Shown here: piece by piece, positions 26,429-36,396 of the stretch
How the letters are laid out: each line of letters starts with the position of its first letter
How positions within the stretch are numbered: position 1 is the first letter of the stretch
DNA from: an uncultured Thermoplasmata archaeon
Lineage (GTDB): Archaea > Thermoplasmatota > Thermoplasmata > Halarchaeoplasmatales > Halarchaeoplasmataceae
Reading direction: 5' to 3'
Assembly (NCBI GenBank): GCA_964535805.1
Contig: CAZHUM010000002.1
Span: 740 to 64,739, forward strand
Length of the DNA: 64,000 nucleotides
The notes under the pieces: generated by a model
Seen by the model: only the letters and a program-made list of their open reading frames with translations
Told to the model about the DNA's origin: nothing
Databases searched by the model: none
Program-made: the position numbers and the translations under genes

Positions 26429-27391
26429 ATGGAAAAAAACAGACTCGAAATAAGGAGTTTCACAGAAAGTGACTACGAAGATATAGTCAAGGTACACAAC
26501 ACCGTGTATCCAGAATACAAGATATCAGTAGAAGAATTGAAGAGATGGGACGAGAAGAGGGAGGATAAGATAATATTCAATAGATATGTGTGTGAAAAAA
26601 ACGGTGAGATCGTAGCGGAGGGTGTCCACAACCAATCCTCACACTTCTACCATCCCCAGAAATTCTGGGCTGAAATCGTGGTGCTTCCTGAATACAGAAA
26701 ACAGGGTGTCGGTTCGGCTCTTTATCGATATATCATGGATGTGCTAGAAGAGCACGATCCCATAACTATCAGAGGGGAAGCTAGGGAGGACAACCAAGAG
26801 GGTATCAAATTCATAGAGCACAGAGGATTCAAAGAGGATAGAAGGAACTGGGAATCCCACCTGTACCTGGATCAGTTCGACGCCGGGGAATACGATGATC
26901 TGTTGAAAAAGGTATCAGAGCGGGGTATCGAGATCAAAACGTTAAAGGAGTTGAAATCCGATCCGGATAGAGATAGGAAACTGCATAGATTACACAATAT
27001 CCTCTTGGGAGACATACCGAGTTCGGAGGAACACACAGACGTAGACTTGGATGAGTTTAAAAAATCGATCTACGATAACCCCAACCTGATCCCAGAGGCG
27101 TATCTCATCGCGGTCCATAAAGGCGGATACGTCGGAGAGACTAACCTCTGGAAAAATCAAGAAGCCGACTACTGGGACACCGGCTTGACAGGGGTGATCA
27201 AAGAATACCGTGGGATGGCGATCGCTACGGCACTCAAAGTTAAATCCTTAAAATATGCCAAGGAGAACGGATGTCCGTACACGAAAACATGGAACGATTC
27301 GACGAACGAGGGTATGCTGCATATAAACGAAAAGCTTGGATTCGAAAAGAAGCCGGCTTGGATCTCATTCGTTAAAGAGATAAAAAAGTGA
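26429..27391 (+). CDS. GNAT-family N-acetyltransferase with two GNAT-like halves
   Basis: The acetyl-CoA-binding motif is RKQGVGSALYRY. The C-terminal half has a second GNAT-like fold (YRGMAIATALKVK). Confidence 0.65.
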   Translation: MEKNRLEIRSFTESDYEDIVKVHNTVYPEYKISVEELKRWDEKREDKIIFNRYVCEKNGEIVAEGVHNQSSHFYHPQKFWAEIVVLPEYRKQGVGSALYRYIMDVLEEHDPITIRGEAREDNQEGIKFIEHRGFKEDRRNWESHLYLDQFDAGEYDDLLKKVSERGIEIKTLKELKSDPDRDRKLHRLHNILLGDIPSSEEHTDVDLDEFKKSIYDNPNLIPEAYLIAVHKGGYVGETNLWKNQEADYWDTGLTGVIKEYRGMAIATALKVKSLKYAKENGCPYTKTWNDSTNEGMLHINEKLGFEKKPAWISFVKEIKK

Positions 27392-27394
27392 TGA

Positions 27395-27871
27395 TCAACG
27401 CTTTCTGGCCGTTTTTACTTCTCCCCCACATATACGGCAGTCATCCGTGGGTTCTTTGTACCATCTACCGCATTTGGTGCACCTGTAGGTCCAACTGTAC
27501 TCTTCGGTTATACCTTCCTGTGAGATGCCTTTGTAAGAGATGCCCAAGTTCTTCGCCATGTTTTGGATAGCGTAGTCGTCGGTGAGTATCACCGCATCTA
27601 GATGTATGGCGAGAGCTATAACTTCGATATCGGTATCGGATAATCGAACAAGGTCTCCGGTGTTTTTTGCCCTCCGTCTAACGTCCATCACAGCTGCTCC
27701 AGGGGGGGTAACGGTCTTCAGACCTACGGCCTTCATGTTCATCAACTTCCTGAACCATCTACCGCCTTTTTTGATCTCTTTAAGCACACCTGGTGGTATG
27801 TACATGGGGTCTGTGAGCGGAATATCCTTTCCGGAGAGTATCACGGAGGTGTCCAGTACGTACTTCATCAT
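27395..27871 (-). CDS. nob1: Nob1-like PIN-domain endonuclease with C-terminal zinc ribbon
   Basis: PIN N-terminus (YVLDTSVIL...SDTDIEV..A...ILTDD) plus a CTKCG..x(10)..CRICGG zinc ribbon. This matches archaeal Nob1 architecture. Confidence 0.6.
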   Translation of the reverse strand: MMKYVLDTSVILSGKDIPLTDPMYIPPGVLKEIKKGGRWFRKLMNMKAVGLKTVTPPGAAVMDVRRRAKNTGDLVRLSDTDIEVIALAIHLDAVILTDDYAIQNMAKNLGISYKGISQEGITEEYSWTYRCTKCGRWYKEPTDDCRICGGEVKTARKR

Positions 27872-27909
27872 TATATCATCGTGTAGGTCACTATTAGATT
27901 TTTGGCTTA

Positions 27910-29514
27910 TCATCTGAATGAAGTGAAACTCAGTATCGTATCCAATGCCCTCTCATCCTCGACTATCTTGCTCAGCTCATCTTTGTCCTTGGGTCTTTTT
28001 CTGAAGATGGCGGCGGCTCTTTTCCTGCCGATGCCCGGGATAGCTTGAAGCTGCTTGTAACTGGCTTCGTTCAGATAAAAGGGATGGTGGATCCCAGTAA
28101 CGCTCCTGTAGCCGTGGTCAGTGATCATCACATCGTAGTATCTACTCAATTCCAGGGGGTATTCAACACCGACCAAGAGGGGATAAGTGCCCACCTGTCT
28201 TCCGAAGGTGATGCTGCCCTCTTTTTTCTCCATGTAAACATCCTTGAGTACTATCCCTTCTGGAACTACCAGCTTCAACATTTCCTTATCTATATCTTCC
28301 CTCACCTTCTTCTTGAACTGCTTGAATTCTTTTTTGTACTTCAGCTCGAATTTATCTCCTTCTGACAGAACCTGGCGGATGTTGATCCGTCTCAGTAAAA
28401 GTCCCTGTTTAAGAACGCTTTCGAGAAATCCGTAGTTCAATTCATAGCTCTCAGAACTCTCTCCTTTTAGTCCTCCGAGGAAGTTCAGCCCCGGCAGGAC
28501 CTCGGGCATACCGGTCTCGCCCCTCTTTCGGCCAACCTGATTTACTATCTCTATTGCCTTTTCTACCTCTTCTGGACAGGTGTTCAGGTCGTTAGCCTCG
28601 ATTACATCGGGATCCGCAGATTCCATGCCGAAGGCTAGAACGTTCCCAGAAGTAGTGTATTTCACCAGGAGCTCCATTATCTCCCTGGACTGTTCTTGGC
28701 TGTTGGCTATAACAGCGGGATTGGCGTTGTCTACGTGTAGAACTTTGATATCTGGACAGGCTTCTCTTATGCCTCGGAGCAGTTTTTCGATCTCACGTGG
28801 TCTGGGCGTTGGTGTCTCGGTCCTCCCTATCCCTTCGGCCTTATAACTCATTATACACGACTGCCCACCGAGTCTGAAGTGTCGGAGTCCCAGATCATAC
28901 ATCTTCTGGATCTCTTCTATGATATCCTCCTGATCGCGGAATTCTGGCTTCCCGTAGTGGGGTTCGGAACAGAAGGCACAGCCTCCGGTGAAGTACCTTA
29001 CACACCCCCGGTAGGTGCTTATCTCCGGTATCAGCGGATCCGGGAACATGGGATGTTTTTCTACGACCCCGGCCCCGAGTTCCAGCCAGCGATTTCTCTC
29101 TTCCAGGGTCGCCCATCTATCCACCGGCTTTCCCTTCAAATAACCGTAAAAGTAAGCTCCAAGGTCCTTTACCGATCGGTGGTCGTATCCATCTATATCC
29201 GAGTATCTGGCGAGTGGACCTCCCAAAAATGTTTGAGGCTCGGTTCTTGCGATCTCTTCTGCCTCTCTTTGACTCATAGGGGTCCCGCTGAGGTACGTGC
29301 CGGGTACGGTGACCCCGCCGTGTACAAGCAAGATCTCCGATGGCGGCAGACCCGTTTCACGGTAGGTATCGATGGTGATATAATCCCAATCCATACCGAG
29401 TTCTTCACACACGCCGGCTAGCATCCTGGGTTCAGTGGAAATGAAGGGGGGTACACCGAGCTGTGCGGGCTCGTCCACGTATCCATCTAATATGGTCACA
29501 TAGGGCTTTTTCAT
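27910..29514 (-). CDS. radical SAM enzyme with C-terminal helix-hairpin-helix
   Basis: The cysteine cluster is CVRYFTGGCAFC. The C-terminal IPGIGRKRAAAI is an HhH motif. The ORF-track start is a GTG, so the first ATG (MKKPYVTIL) was used. Confidence 0.65.
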   Translation of the reverse strand: MKKPYVTILDGYVDEPAQLGVPPFISTEPRMLAGVCEELGMDWDYITIDTYRETGLPPSEILLVHGGVTVPGTYLSGTPMSQREAEEIARTEPQTFLGGPLARYSDIDGYDHRSVKDLGAYFYGYLKGKPVDRWATLEERNRWLELGAGVVEKHPMFPDPLIPEISTYRGCVRYFTGGCAFCSEPHYGKPEFRDQEDIIEEIQKMYDLGLRHFRLGGQSCIMSYKAEGIGRTETPTPRPREIEKLLRGIREACPDIKVLHVDNANPAVIANSQEQSREIMELLVKYTTSGNVLAFGMESADPDVIEANDLNTCPEEVEKAIEIVNQVGRKRGETGMPEVLPGLNFLGGLKGESSESYELNYGFLESVLKQGLLLRRINIRQVLSEGDKFELKYKKEFKQFKKKVREDIDKEMLKLVVPEGIVLKDVYMEKKEGSITFGRQVGTYPLLVGVEYPLELSRYYDVMITDHGYRSVTGIHHPFYLNEASYKQLQAIPGIGRKRAAAIFRKRPKDKDELSKIVEDERALDTILSFTSFR

Positions 29515-29522
29515 CTGCTTTA

Positions 29523-29819
29523 TCACCCTTTCTCTAACCTCTTCTTCGCCTTTTTTATCGTCCCGCTCGTGATAAGTGTCCTCACTTTTCCACCGCCTAC
29601 TTTCATACCGTTCAGTACATCGACAGTCCTCTCCTTGTACCTGTGATCACATCTGATAATACCCTCCTCACCGGTGAAAACGGTCAGCCACGGTTGGATC
29701 TCCTCGTATTCTTCACGTGAAAAATTTCTCCTTATTGCCGAGATCATGCCCCGACGGTCAGTGCTTCCTCCTTCGATGAAGAAAGAGATGTACCGCTTCC
29801 TTTTACCTTCGACTGCCAT
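29523..29819 (-). CDS. RNase P protein subunit Pop5 (Rnp2)
   Basis: KRKRYISFFIEG and GIIRCDH...VRTLITSGTIKKAKK match the Pop5 pattern (KRRYL.LEV...GIVRC...SGTIKKA). Confidence 0.6.
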   Translation of the reverse strand: MAVEGKRKRYISFFIEGGSTDRRGMISAIRRNFSREEYEEIQPWLTVFTGEEGIIRCDHRYKERTVDVLNGMKVGGGKVRTLITSGTIKKAKKRLEKG

Positions 29820-29859
29820 GGTGGTCAATCTATTCACTATATAAAAAGAGTTCACATCG

Positions 29860-30381
29860 CTAGTCGGTGTACTCGGGCATCTTCTCGATCAAGACATAGA
29901 TGATTACGAATATGAGGACACCGAAAAATATCGAAAGCGGTATGGCGGTCATGGAGTTCATCTCTATATTCAACGCGCTGTACCTGGCCGTGTAGATACC
30001 TCCCCAGGAGATGGCAAAAGCGAGGAGAAGATTTAAAATCAGATTTTTGTTCCAAGAATTTTTGAAATCGTTGAGCATCTTGTTTCTTCTCTCACCGCGG
30101 GTATCTTTTTTGATGCTCCTGACTAGCACTTCTCTGTTAGCCAGGTTCCAACTGGCGTAGAGTGCGAAGAACACACCGAGTATGACCACAAGGTTAAGGT
30201 TGGTGAAATCCAGGTATCTGTTCAGAACGTAGAATGATACGCCGGTCACCATTATACCCAAGCTGTTCAGTGCCCTTTTCTTCAGAAACACGCCGGTGAT
30301 AGAGATGAGTCCTCCGACGACGGGGAGAAACCAGTACGATGTCGGATAGGTGAACAGGGCTGTAACTACAGCTGTTGACAT
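29860..30381 (-). CDS. hypothetical membrane protein (4 TM)
   Basis: The 5' part of the ORF-track ORF overlaps the DUF58 gene in another frame. An internal Met (MSTAVVTALF) was taken as the start. Confidence 0.4.
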   Translation of the reverse strand: MSTAVVTALFTYPTSYWFLPVVGGLISITGVFLKKRALNSLGIMVTGVSFYVLNRYLDFTNLNLVVILGVFFALYASWNLANREVLVRSIKKDTRGERRNKMLNDFKNSWNKNLILNLLLAFAISWGGIYTARYSALNIEMNSMTAIPLSIFFGVLIFVIIYVLIEKMPEYTD

Positions 30382-30419
30382 CACGATTATAGGTGCGGTT
30401 ATCTCCTGGTCCTTCAGAT

Positions 30420-31685
30420 CTATTTTCTCATCTCGTATCGTCTCACCACCTCTAAAGCCGCTTCCAAGGGTTCGTTGGGATCCCAATCCACTACGATGGC
30501 GTACTTCCACAGCTTGTTGATCAGGTTCCTGCGCTCCATCATCAATATCTTCTCGGCTACGGGGTCTTCGATGTCCTGCTCTGAAAGTTCTATCGCCAAG
30601 GGAGACGGGGATACTATCAATAGGTCGTACTCGTTCCTCCAGAGGTCCACCACGGTCTTCATAATCTTCGGGTCCACCAGAGGAGACACTATTATCACCA
30701 TGCTCTTGCTCGGGAAGAACCTGTTTATCACCCATTTTGCGTCCTCAAGATCCCACAGACCGCCCTGGCTCGGGTTGCATAGGCTGTCCATTATCTCGTA
30801 GAATTGATCCCTTCCGAAGCCGGGATATACCCAGTTGAGGAAATCTCCCAGTATGACCATCCCCACCCTGTTCCTGTCCTCTAAGATCGAAGCTGCCATA
30901 CTCGCCGCCGCTCTGATCGATGCGTTGTTCGTGTTCCTCTCCACGGTACCCACGTTCGAATCCATACCGGCATCTATCAAGATGATCACGTCGGCGCTCT
31001 GCTCTCCCTCGTACTCGTTGGTTATCGGGTGCATGTACCGAGCGGTCGCCCTCCAGTTTATCCTCTTCATCTCATCGCCCATCTGATACTCCCTGAGTGC
31101 GAAGAACTCGGAACCCACTCCGATGGCACCGGATCTAATATTGCCCAGCCAGTTCTTCGTGTACTTGGGTCTGATATAGACACGCTTGATGTCTTCGATC
31201 TTGGGAAGTATGGACAACTTGATCATCTCTTCGGATTTCCACTCGCGTGTGTAGAGCTCGAATGGGTCACGGTACCTCAATCGGATGGGACCGACCTTAC
31301 CCTCGCCCCTTACGGGACAACAAATCTTGTAGTGTATAGATCTGGTCTCGCCAGGGCCGATCTCGAATATGTTGTGGTTCGTCCCCTGGCTCACATCAAG
31401 TCTGGGTGATATCTCGTCCAGGACTTCTAGATATTTTATCGCATCTCCATCGTTCGTGAAGGAAGTGATGATATCCACCTCGTCGTCCTCGTAGACCTGT
31501 GTAACCTCTACCTCCCTGTTGATATCGATTTGGAGTTCATCTGGCGGTGCGTAGAGCAGCCCGAAGACGAGTATCGATATGGACGGTATCGATAGAACGA
31601 GCAGAACCCAGCTTCTGAGCAAGAGGCCGAAGATCACGGCCAAAAGGGCGAATCCAGCTATGTAAAAGGAAGAGAGGGTTCTCAT
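30420..31685 (-). CDS. DUF58 protein (vWA-like partner of MoxR ATPases)
   Basis: FFALREYQMGDEMKRINWRATAR is the DUF58 signature. Two N-terminal TM helices are present. The gene directly abuts moxR. Confidence 0.8.
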   Translation of the reverse strand: MRTLSSFYIAGFALLAVIFGLLLRSWVLLVLSIPSISILVFGLLYAPPDELQIDINREVEVTQVYEDDEVDIITSFTNDGDAIKYLEVLDEISPRLDVSQGTNHNIFEIGPGETRSIHYKICCPVRGEGKVGPIRLRYRDPFELYTREWKSEEMIKLSILPKIEDIKRVYIRPKYTKNWLGNIRSGAIGVGSEFFALREYQMGDEMKRINWRATARYMHPITNEYEGEQSADVIILIDAGMDSNVGTVERNTNNASIRAAASMAASILEDRNRVGMVILGDFLNWVYPGFGRDQFYEIMDSLCNPSQGGLWDLEDAKWVINRFFPSKSMVIIVSPLVDPKIMKTVVDLWRNEYDLLIVSPSPLAIELSEQDIEDPVAEKILMMERRNLINKLWKYAIVVDWDPNEPLEAALEVVRRYEMRK

Positions 31686-32636
31686 CTACTTCACTTTGGG
31701 GACGGGCACCTTTTTGAGTATCTGGTCGATTATATCTGCCGGGTCGACACCCATTATCGCGGGACTGGGTTTAAGGACCAATCTATGTGAGAGTGCTTCC
31801 TTGGCTAGGAATTTAACATCATCCGGTAGAACGTAGTCTCTGCCCATCACCGCCGCGTTGGCCATGGAGACCTTCATGAGAGCAAGACTGCCTCTGGGAC
31901 TGGAGCCGACTTCCACCTGGCTGTGCTTCCTGGTCATCTGCACGATGTTGACGATGTAGTTCTTTATGTCGTCGTCCAGATGCACTTCTTCTACCGATTC
32001 CTGCATCTCCAGTACCGTCTTCGGATTGGTCAGCTTCTTGGTTTCCACTTCATCGGTCTTCCTATCTTTTCTCCTACGAAGGATCTCTACTTCGTCTTTC
32101 TGGCTCGGATAACCGACATCCAAGCGCAGCATGAACCTGTCCACTTGTGCTTCCGGGAGCGGGTACGTTCCCTCGTACTCGATGGGGTTCTGCGTGGCTA
32201 TGACGATGAAAGGCGGTGACATCTTGTGCGTTTCACCCTCGATGGTCGTCTGTTTCTCCTGCATAGCTTCTAAAAGGGCGGCCTGGGTCTTCGGTGGAGC
32301 CCTGTTGATCTCGTCCGCAAGTAATATGTTCGTGAATATGGGCCCCTTCCGCATCTTGAACTCTCCGGTGTTCCGGTCGTAGATGAACGACCCGGTTATG
32401 TCAGCGGGCAGCAGATCCGGGGTGAATTGGATCCTCTTGAAATCACACCCTAGAGCATCGGCAAAACAGTTCGACATCATGGTCTTCGCTAAACCTGGGA
32501 AGTCCTCGAAGAGGATGTGTCCGTTGGCCAAGAAACCGACGAGTGTTTTTCTCAGCACTCTTTTCTTTCCCACTATGGTCTTGCTCACTTCGTTGATCAA
32601 TCCTTTTCCTATCTTAGATACTTTTTCTATCTTCAA
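31686..32636 (-). CDS. moxR: MoxR-family AAA+ ATPase
   Basis: Walker A is FPGLAKT, the MoxR-type PGxAKT variant. Walker B is LLADEINRAPPKTQAALLEAM. The C-terminal region is conserved. Confidence 0.85.
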   Translation of the reverse strand: MKIEKVSKIGKGLINEVSKTIVGKKRVLRKTLVGFLANGHILFEDFPGLAKTMMSNCFADALGCDFKRIQFTPDLLPADITGSFIYDRNTGEFKMRKGPIFTNILLADEINRAPPKTQAALLEAMQEKQTTIEGETHKMSPPFIVIATQNPIEYEGTYPLPEAQVDRFMLRLDVGYPSQKDEVEILRRRKDRKTDEVETKKLTNPKTVLEMQESVEEVHLDDDIKNYIVNIVQMTRKHSQVEVGSSPRGSLALMKVSMANAAVMGRDYVLPDDVKFLAKEALSHRLVLKPSPAIMGVDPADIIDQILKKVPVPKVK

Positions 32637-33301
32637 CTCCAGTCCTCCATTCTATTGATCAAATCTATTATTTTTCTTCTGTAATCTTCATCTTTCTTGA
32701 ACGATCTTCTTGAAGATAGGGATTTATTTTCCCTGCACAACTCCCTATAGTGATTACAATTTATAAGGAATTCGGTGATAACGTCGTCATCGACCTCTTC
32801 TATGAGCCTATCATTATCCTCAAGGAGCTCGTCTATGTGATCTGGTGAATATCCCCTTTCCTGTTTCATCTTCTCGACGAAGTCGTCCATGAGTCTCCCC
32901 TCCAGCATGGCTCTGCTGGTTTCCAATCCCTTTGAGGACCGATTAACCAGATTGGATGTTCTGTTCAATCTAGAACCGACTATTATATCCAGCTCGTTTT
33001 GATTTCTCCAGGTGACCAAGGGAGAGGTTTTATTGTGGAATATCTTCATCAAGAGGGTAGCGACAATCCCCAAAGCCAGTATGATCACCAGCCATCTTAC
33101 ACCTCCACTGTTTCCCACCCAGGGAAGGGACACCAAAAGAAAAAAAGCGAGGATGAGGGCTATAAAGGTGAATATGCTGTCGAGATGATCTAGACCTGAT
33201 TCACGGTTACCTAAAAATGAACTGTATTTGAATCGAGGGACCGCGCGGATGAGGAAATCATCCTCATGCTCATCTTCCATTTCTTCTTCCCATTTGGTCA
33301 T
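32633..33301 (-). CDS. 2-TM membrane protein, paralog 1 of a four-member family
   Basis: An acidic N-terminus and two TM helices are followed by a domain containing W-R/K-N-x-NEL and VGS-K/R-L. It overlaps the moxR start by 4 nt. Confidence 0.5.
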   Translation of the reverse strand: MTKWEEEMEDEHEDDFLIRAVPRFKYSSFLGNRESGLDHLDSIFTFIALILAFFLLVSLPWVGNSGGVRWLVIILALGIVATLLMKIFHNKTSPLVTWRNQNELDIIVGSRLNRTSNLVNRSSKGLETSRAMLEGRLMDDFVEKMKQERGYSPDHIDELLEDNDRLIEEVDDDVITEFLINCNHYRELCRENKSLSSRRSFKKDEDYRRKIIDLINRMEDWS

Positions 33302-33474
33302 CTAGGACCTCCTACCTCGCTGTTTTAAGTTGGAGGAGTAATAATAAATTACATAACTTTCTATAAGACATTTGTGCTCTATAATGCTATTTATACTCCT
33401 GTAGTTTTGTTTGTATAGATTTTTACACTCGTTAACGATAAATTAAAAGAAAGGGGTTTGCTTATTTATCAAAG

Positions 33475-34779
33475 CTATGTATATACGAGACGACAAGCCC
33501 AACTAGTAAGGCAGGGGTTAGGACACATTGGTTCGTTTTTATCGCTGACATACAATCTAGTTGGATGTATTCCACCGTTCAATATCTTAACACCAAGAGC
33601 ATCAAAACCCGAAAAAGTCGCCGTTATTTTTTCTTCAAGGGTTTTACCGAACAAAATAGTTTCGTCGCTCTTCCGCTTATAACGGACAAGCATGTTCATA
33701 TTATCATCGTATCTCATCACCTGATGGAAATGTACCAAACCATTGTTTTTATCAGTTTTAAAAGTAGTAAGGAAAAAGTTGTCCTCAGGTATTATTGTTA
33801 TTACACCATTATAGTCAAGTTCTGTGATTTCATAAAAGTTTAGATGCTTTGTACTTACCATCTTCACTATAGAACTAATATATTGCCCTCTAGTATTGGT
33901 TACCGTATATTTAGTTGTAGTTATTAGTCCAATCTGAGATATTACCTCCGAAGTTATATTTACCTCCGAATTAACCGTATCTACACCCCAGACAGTAAAC
34001 ACTTCTGTGTATGGGTTAAATGAAAAGGCCATTTCAGGAGTTGTTTGAACCAATATATATATAGACTGAGATGCCCCATCGCTTTGCCTTGTGACGTTTA
34101 GTTTGATTGCCTGATTCAAAATTGTGTTCTCAGGTACGTAAAGTGTTTCAGATACCGCTACATTTTCTCCTGGTTGTGCAGTAATTTCTGTTGGTGGTAT
34201 TGCACCTTGTAAAACCCATCCTTCAGGTATTGTTGATTCATCCGCTTCTAATGTAAATGTTTCTTGTGCCATAATATTTTCATTCCTGACATGGATTGTA
34301 TCTGTTGCTGATGTTCCCGGTGCTATGTCCAGGGGAATAACACATTCATGTCCAACATTGTTACCTTCATTCGATTCAGCGATTGTATCTGTTGTGTCTA
34401 GGACCAGTTCGAAGTTCACTTGATAAGATGCAAGTGCCTCCACTACGTATTTAACTCCTTTAATCCCACCAGCTCTGATTGGCGGTTCAACCCATATATC
34501 AAATGTTTCTGTTGGTTCCTGCCAGAAACCAGCTGTTTCCGCATATTTTAATTCCATCCAAAAGCCATCTTCAACATCTGCATCCCCTATATTTTCTATG
34601 TATATAGTCATTGGTAATTCTTCTCCTTCTATTACAGGATAAACAGCGCCTATGCCCTTACCTACTAAATCCGGTTGTCTTTGTTCCGCTTGTACCGCTG
34701 TAGCTGGCATTATAGCCAACCCACTAAAAACCAATAAACCAATCACTAACAGTGACGGTCCTATTTTACTTATATTCAT
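33475..34779 (-). CDS. secreted or surface protein with N-terminal CARDB-like domain
   Basis: A signal peptide is followed by DLVGKGIGAVYPVIEGEELPMTIYIENIGDADVEDGFWMELKY, which has a CARDB-like pattern. It is flanked by AT-rich DNA. Confidence 0.5.
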   Translation of the reverse strand: MNISKIGPSLLVIGLLVFSGLAIMPATAVQAEQRQPDLVGKGIGAVYPVIEGEELPMTIYIENIGDADVEDGFWMELKYAETAGFWQEPTETFDIWVEPPIRAGGIKGVKYVVEALASYQVNFELVLDTTDTIAESNEGNNVGHECVIPLDIAPGTSATDTIHVRNENIMAQETFTLEADESTIPEGWVLQGAIPPTEITAQPGENVAVSETLYVPENTILNQAIKLNVTRQSDGASQSIYILVQTTPEMAFSFNPYTEVFTVWGVDTVNSEVNITSEVISQIGLITTTKYTVTNTRGQYISSIVKMVSTKHLNFYEITELDYNGVITIIPEDNFFLTTFKTDKNNGLVHFHQVMRYDDNMNMLVRYKRKSDETILFGKTLEEKITATFSGFDALGVKILNGGIHPTRLYVSDKNEPMCPNPCLTSWACRLVYT

Positions 34780-35033
34780 GTATATCTCACCTATCAGAAG
34801 TAATGTATTGTTATTATTTATATTTATCGCATATTAGATATATATATATATAATATAGTTTCGATACTTCTTCTCCTCTCATCATCAACCACCCGGTTGA
34901 CAATGTATTACAACCCTGCAGTTATGATCACAACTTCACTGGAACACATTACCTGGCTGAATACCTTTCTAACTTGTCTACATATATAAGAGAGGTTTGT
35001 GTATCTAATTTTCAGTTTCCTTATGTATTTCTT

Positions 35034-35702
35034 TTAACTCCAGTTTTCCATCCTACCGATCACAATTTCGATCCATTCCCTATAATCATCATCAGATTTT
35101 TTATTAATTTTCATATTCGAAAACAACTTTTTATCTCCTCCCGTTTCACGATAATCTTTACAGTGTATAAGGAAATCCGAGATAACATCATCTCCAACGA
35201 AGTTCCGTAATCTGTTAGGATCCTCTAACAATTCTTTTACTTCACTATCAGATAATCCTCTCTCATACTTCATCTCCTCGACGAAGTCGTCCCTTATCCT
35301 CTCTTCCAGCAGTGCTTGACTCATCTCCAATCCCTCGGAAGACCTTCTAACCAGGTCGGAGGTTTCTTTCAACTTGGAGCCGACTAACAGATCCAACTCG
35401 TTTGTATTTCTCCAGCCCATCAACGGACAACTTTTATCATAAATTGTCTTAGCTATAAATGATGCAACTATAGACAGGCTCAAAATAATTATAAACCAGC
35501 GTATCATCCCACTATAAGGTACCCACCAAATCGTCAATAATATAATAGCTGAAAGGAAAACAATTACAAATGAAAAAATATTTTTGAAGCGATCCACCCC
35601 GGATTCACGATTACCTAGTGCAGCGCTGTGTTTGAATCTCTGAGGCATGCGTACGAGATTATCGTCTTCGAATTCGTCTAGATATTCTTCTTCAAATTTC
35701 AT
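35034..35702 (-). CDS. 2-TM membrane protein, paralog 2
   Basis: Same architecture as paralog 1. The C-terminal ~110 aa are near-identical to paralog 3. Confidence 0.55.
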   Translation of the reverse strand: MKFEEEYLDEFEDDNLVRMPQRFKHSAALGNRESGVDRFKNIFSFVIVFLSAIILLTIWWVPYSGMIRWFIIILSLSIVASFIAKTIYDKSCPLMGWRNTNELDLLVGSKLKETSDLVRRSSEGLEMSQALLEERIRDDFVEEMKYERGLSDSEVKELLEDPNRLRNFVGDDVISDFLIHCKDYRETGGDKKLFSNMKINKKSDDDYREWIEIVIGRMENWS

Positions 35703-35724
35703 TGTGAACCGACCTCTATTATCT

Positions 35725-36396
35725 TCAACTCCAGTTTTCCATCCTATCGATCACTTTTTCGATCCGTTTCCTATAATCTTCATTTGATTTTATGTCTACT
35801 TCTACATTCGAAAACAACTTTTTATCTCCTCCCGTTTCCCGATAATCTTTACAGTGTATAAGGAAATCCAAGATAATATCATCTCCAACGAAGTTCCGTA
35901 ATCTGTTAGGATCCTCCAACAATTCTTTTACTTCACTATCAGATAATCCTCTCCCATACTTCATCTCCTCGACGAAGTCGTCCCTGATCCTCTCTTCCAG
36001 CAGTGCTTGACTCATCTCCAATCCCTCGGAAGACCTCCTAACCAGGTCGGAGGTTTCTTTCAACTTGGAGCCAACAACGACATCCAATTCGTTTCTATTC
36101 CTCCAGTTTATGAGTGGTATGCTCCTTTTATGGAATATCCTCAACAGTAGAGAAACTACGATTCCCAATGCTAACAATATACACATCCATCTCAATGCAC
36201 CGCTATTTTTTATCCAGGGAATTAATATGAGAAGGAAAAAGGCGAGGATAAACGCTATAAAAGTAAATATGCTGTCTAGATAGTCTTTACCAGTTTCGCG
36301 CATCCCTAATGCCCCTTTTTCCCTATAATCGCAAATACCTGGGGCCAAAAAATCGTTTTCAACCTTTTCTTCCCATTCTTCATGCAATTTCATCAT
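35725..36396 (-). CDS. 2-TM membrane protein, paralog 3
   Basis: Its 3' ~400 bp are over 95% identical to the paralog 2 region. Confidence 0.55.
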   Translation of the reverse strand: MMKLHEEWEEKVENDFLAPGICDYREKGALGMRETGKDYLDSIFTFIAFILAFFLLILIPWIKNSGALRWMCILLALGIVVSLLLRIFHKRSIPLINWRNRNELDVVVGSKLKETSDLVRRSSEGLEMSQALLEERIRDDFVEEMKYGRGLSDSEVKELLEDPNRLRNFVGDDIILDFLIHCKDYRETGGDKKLFSNVEVDIKSNEDYRKRIEKVIDRMENWS

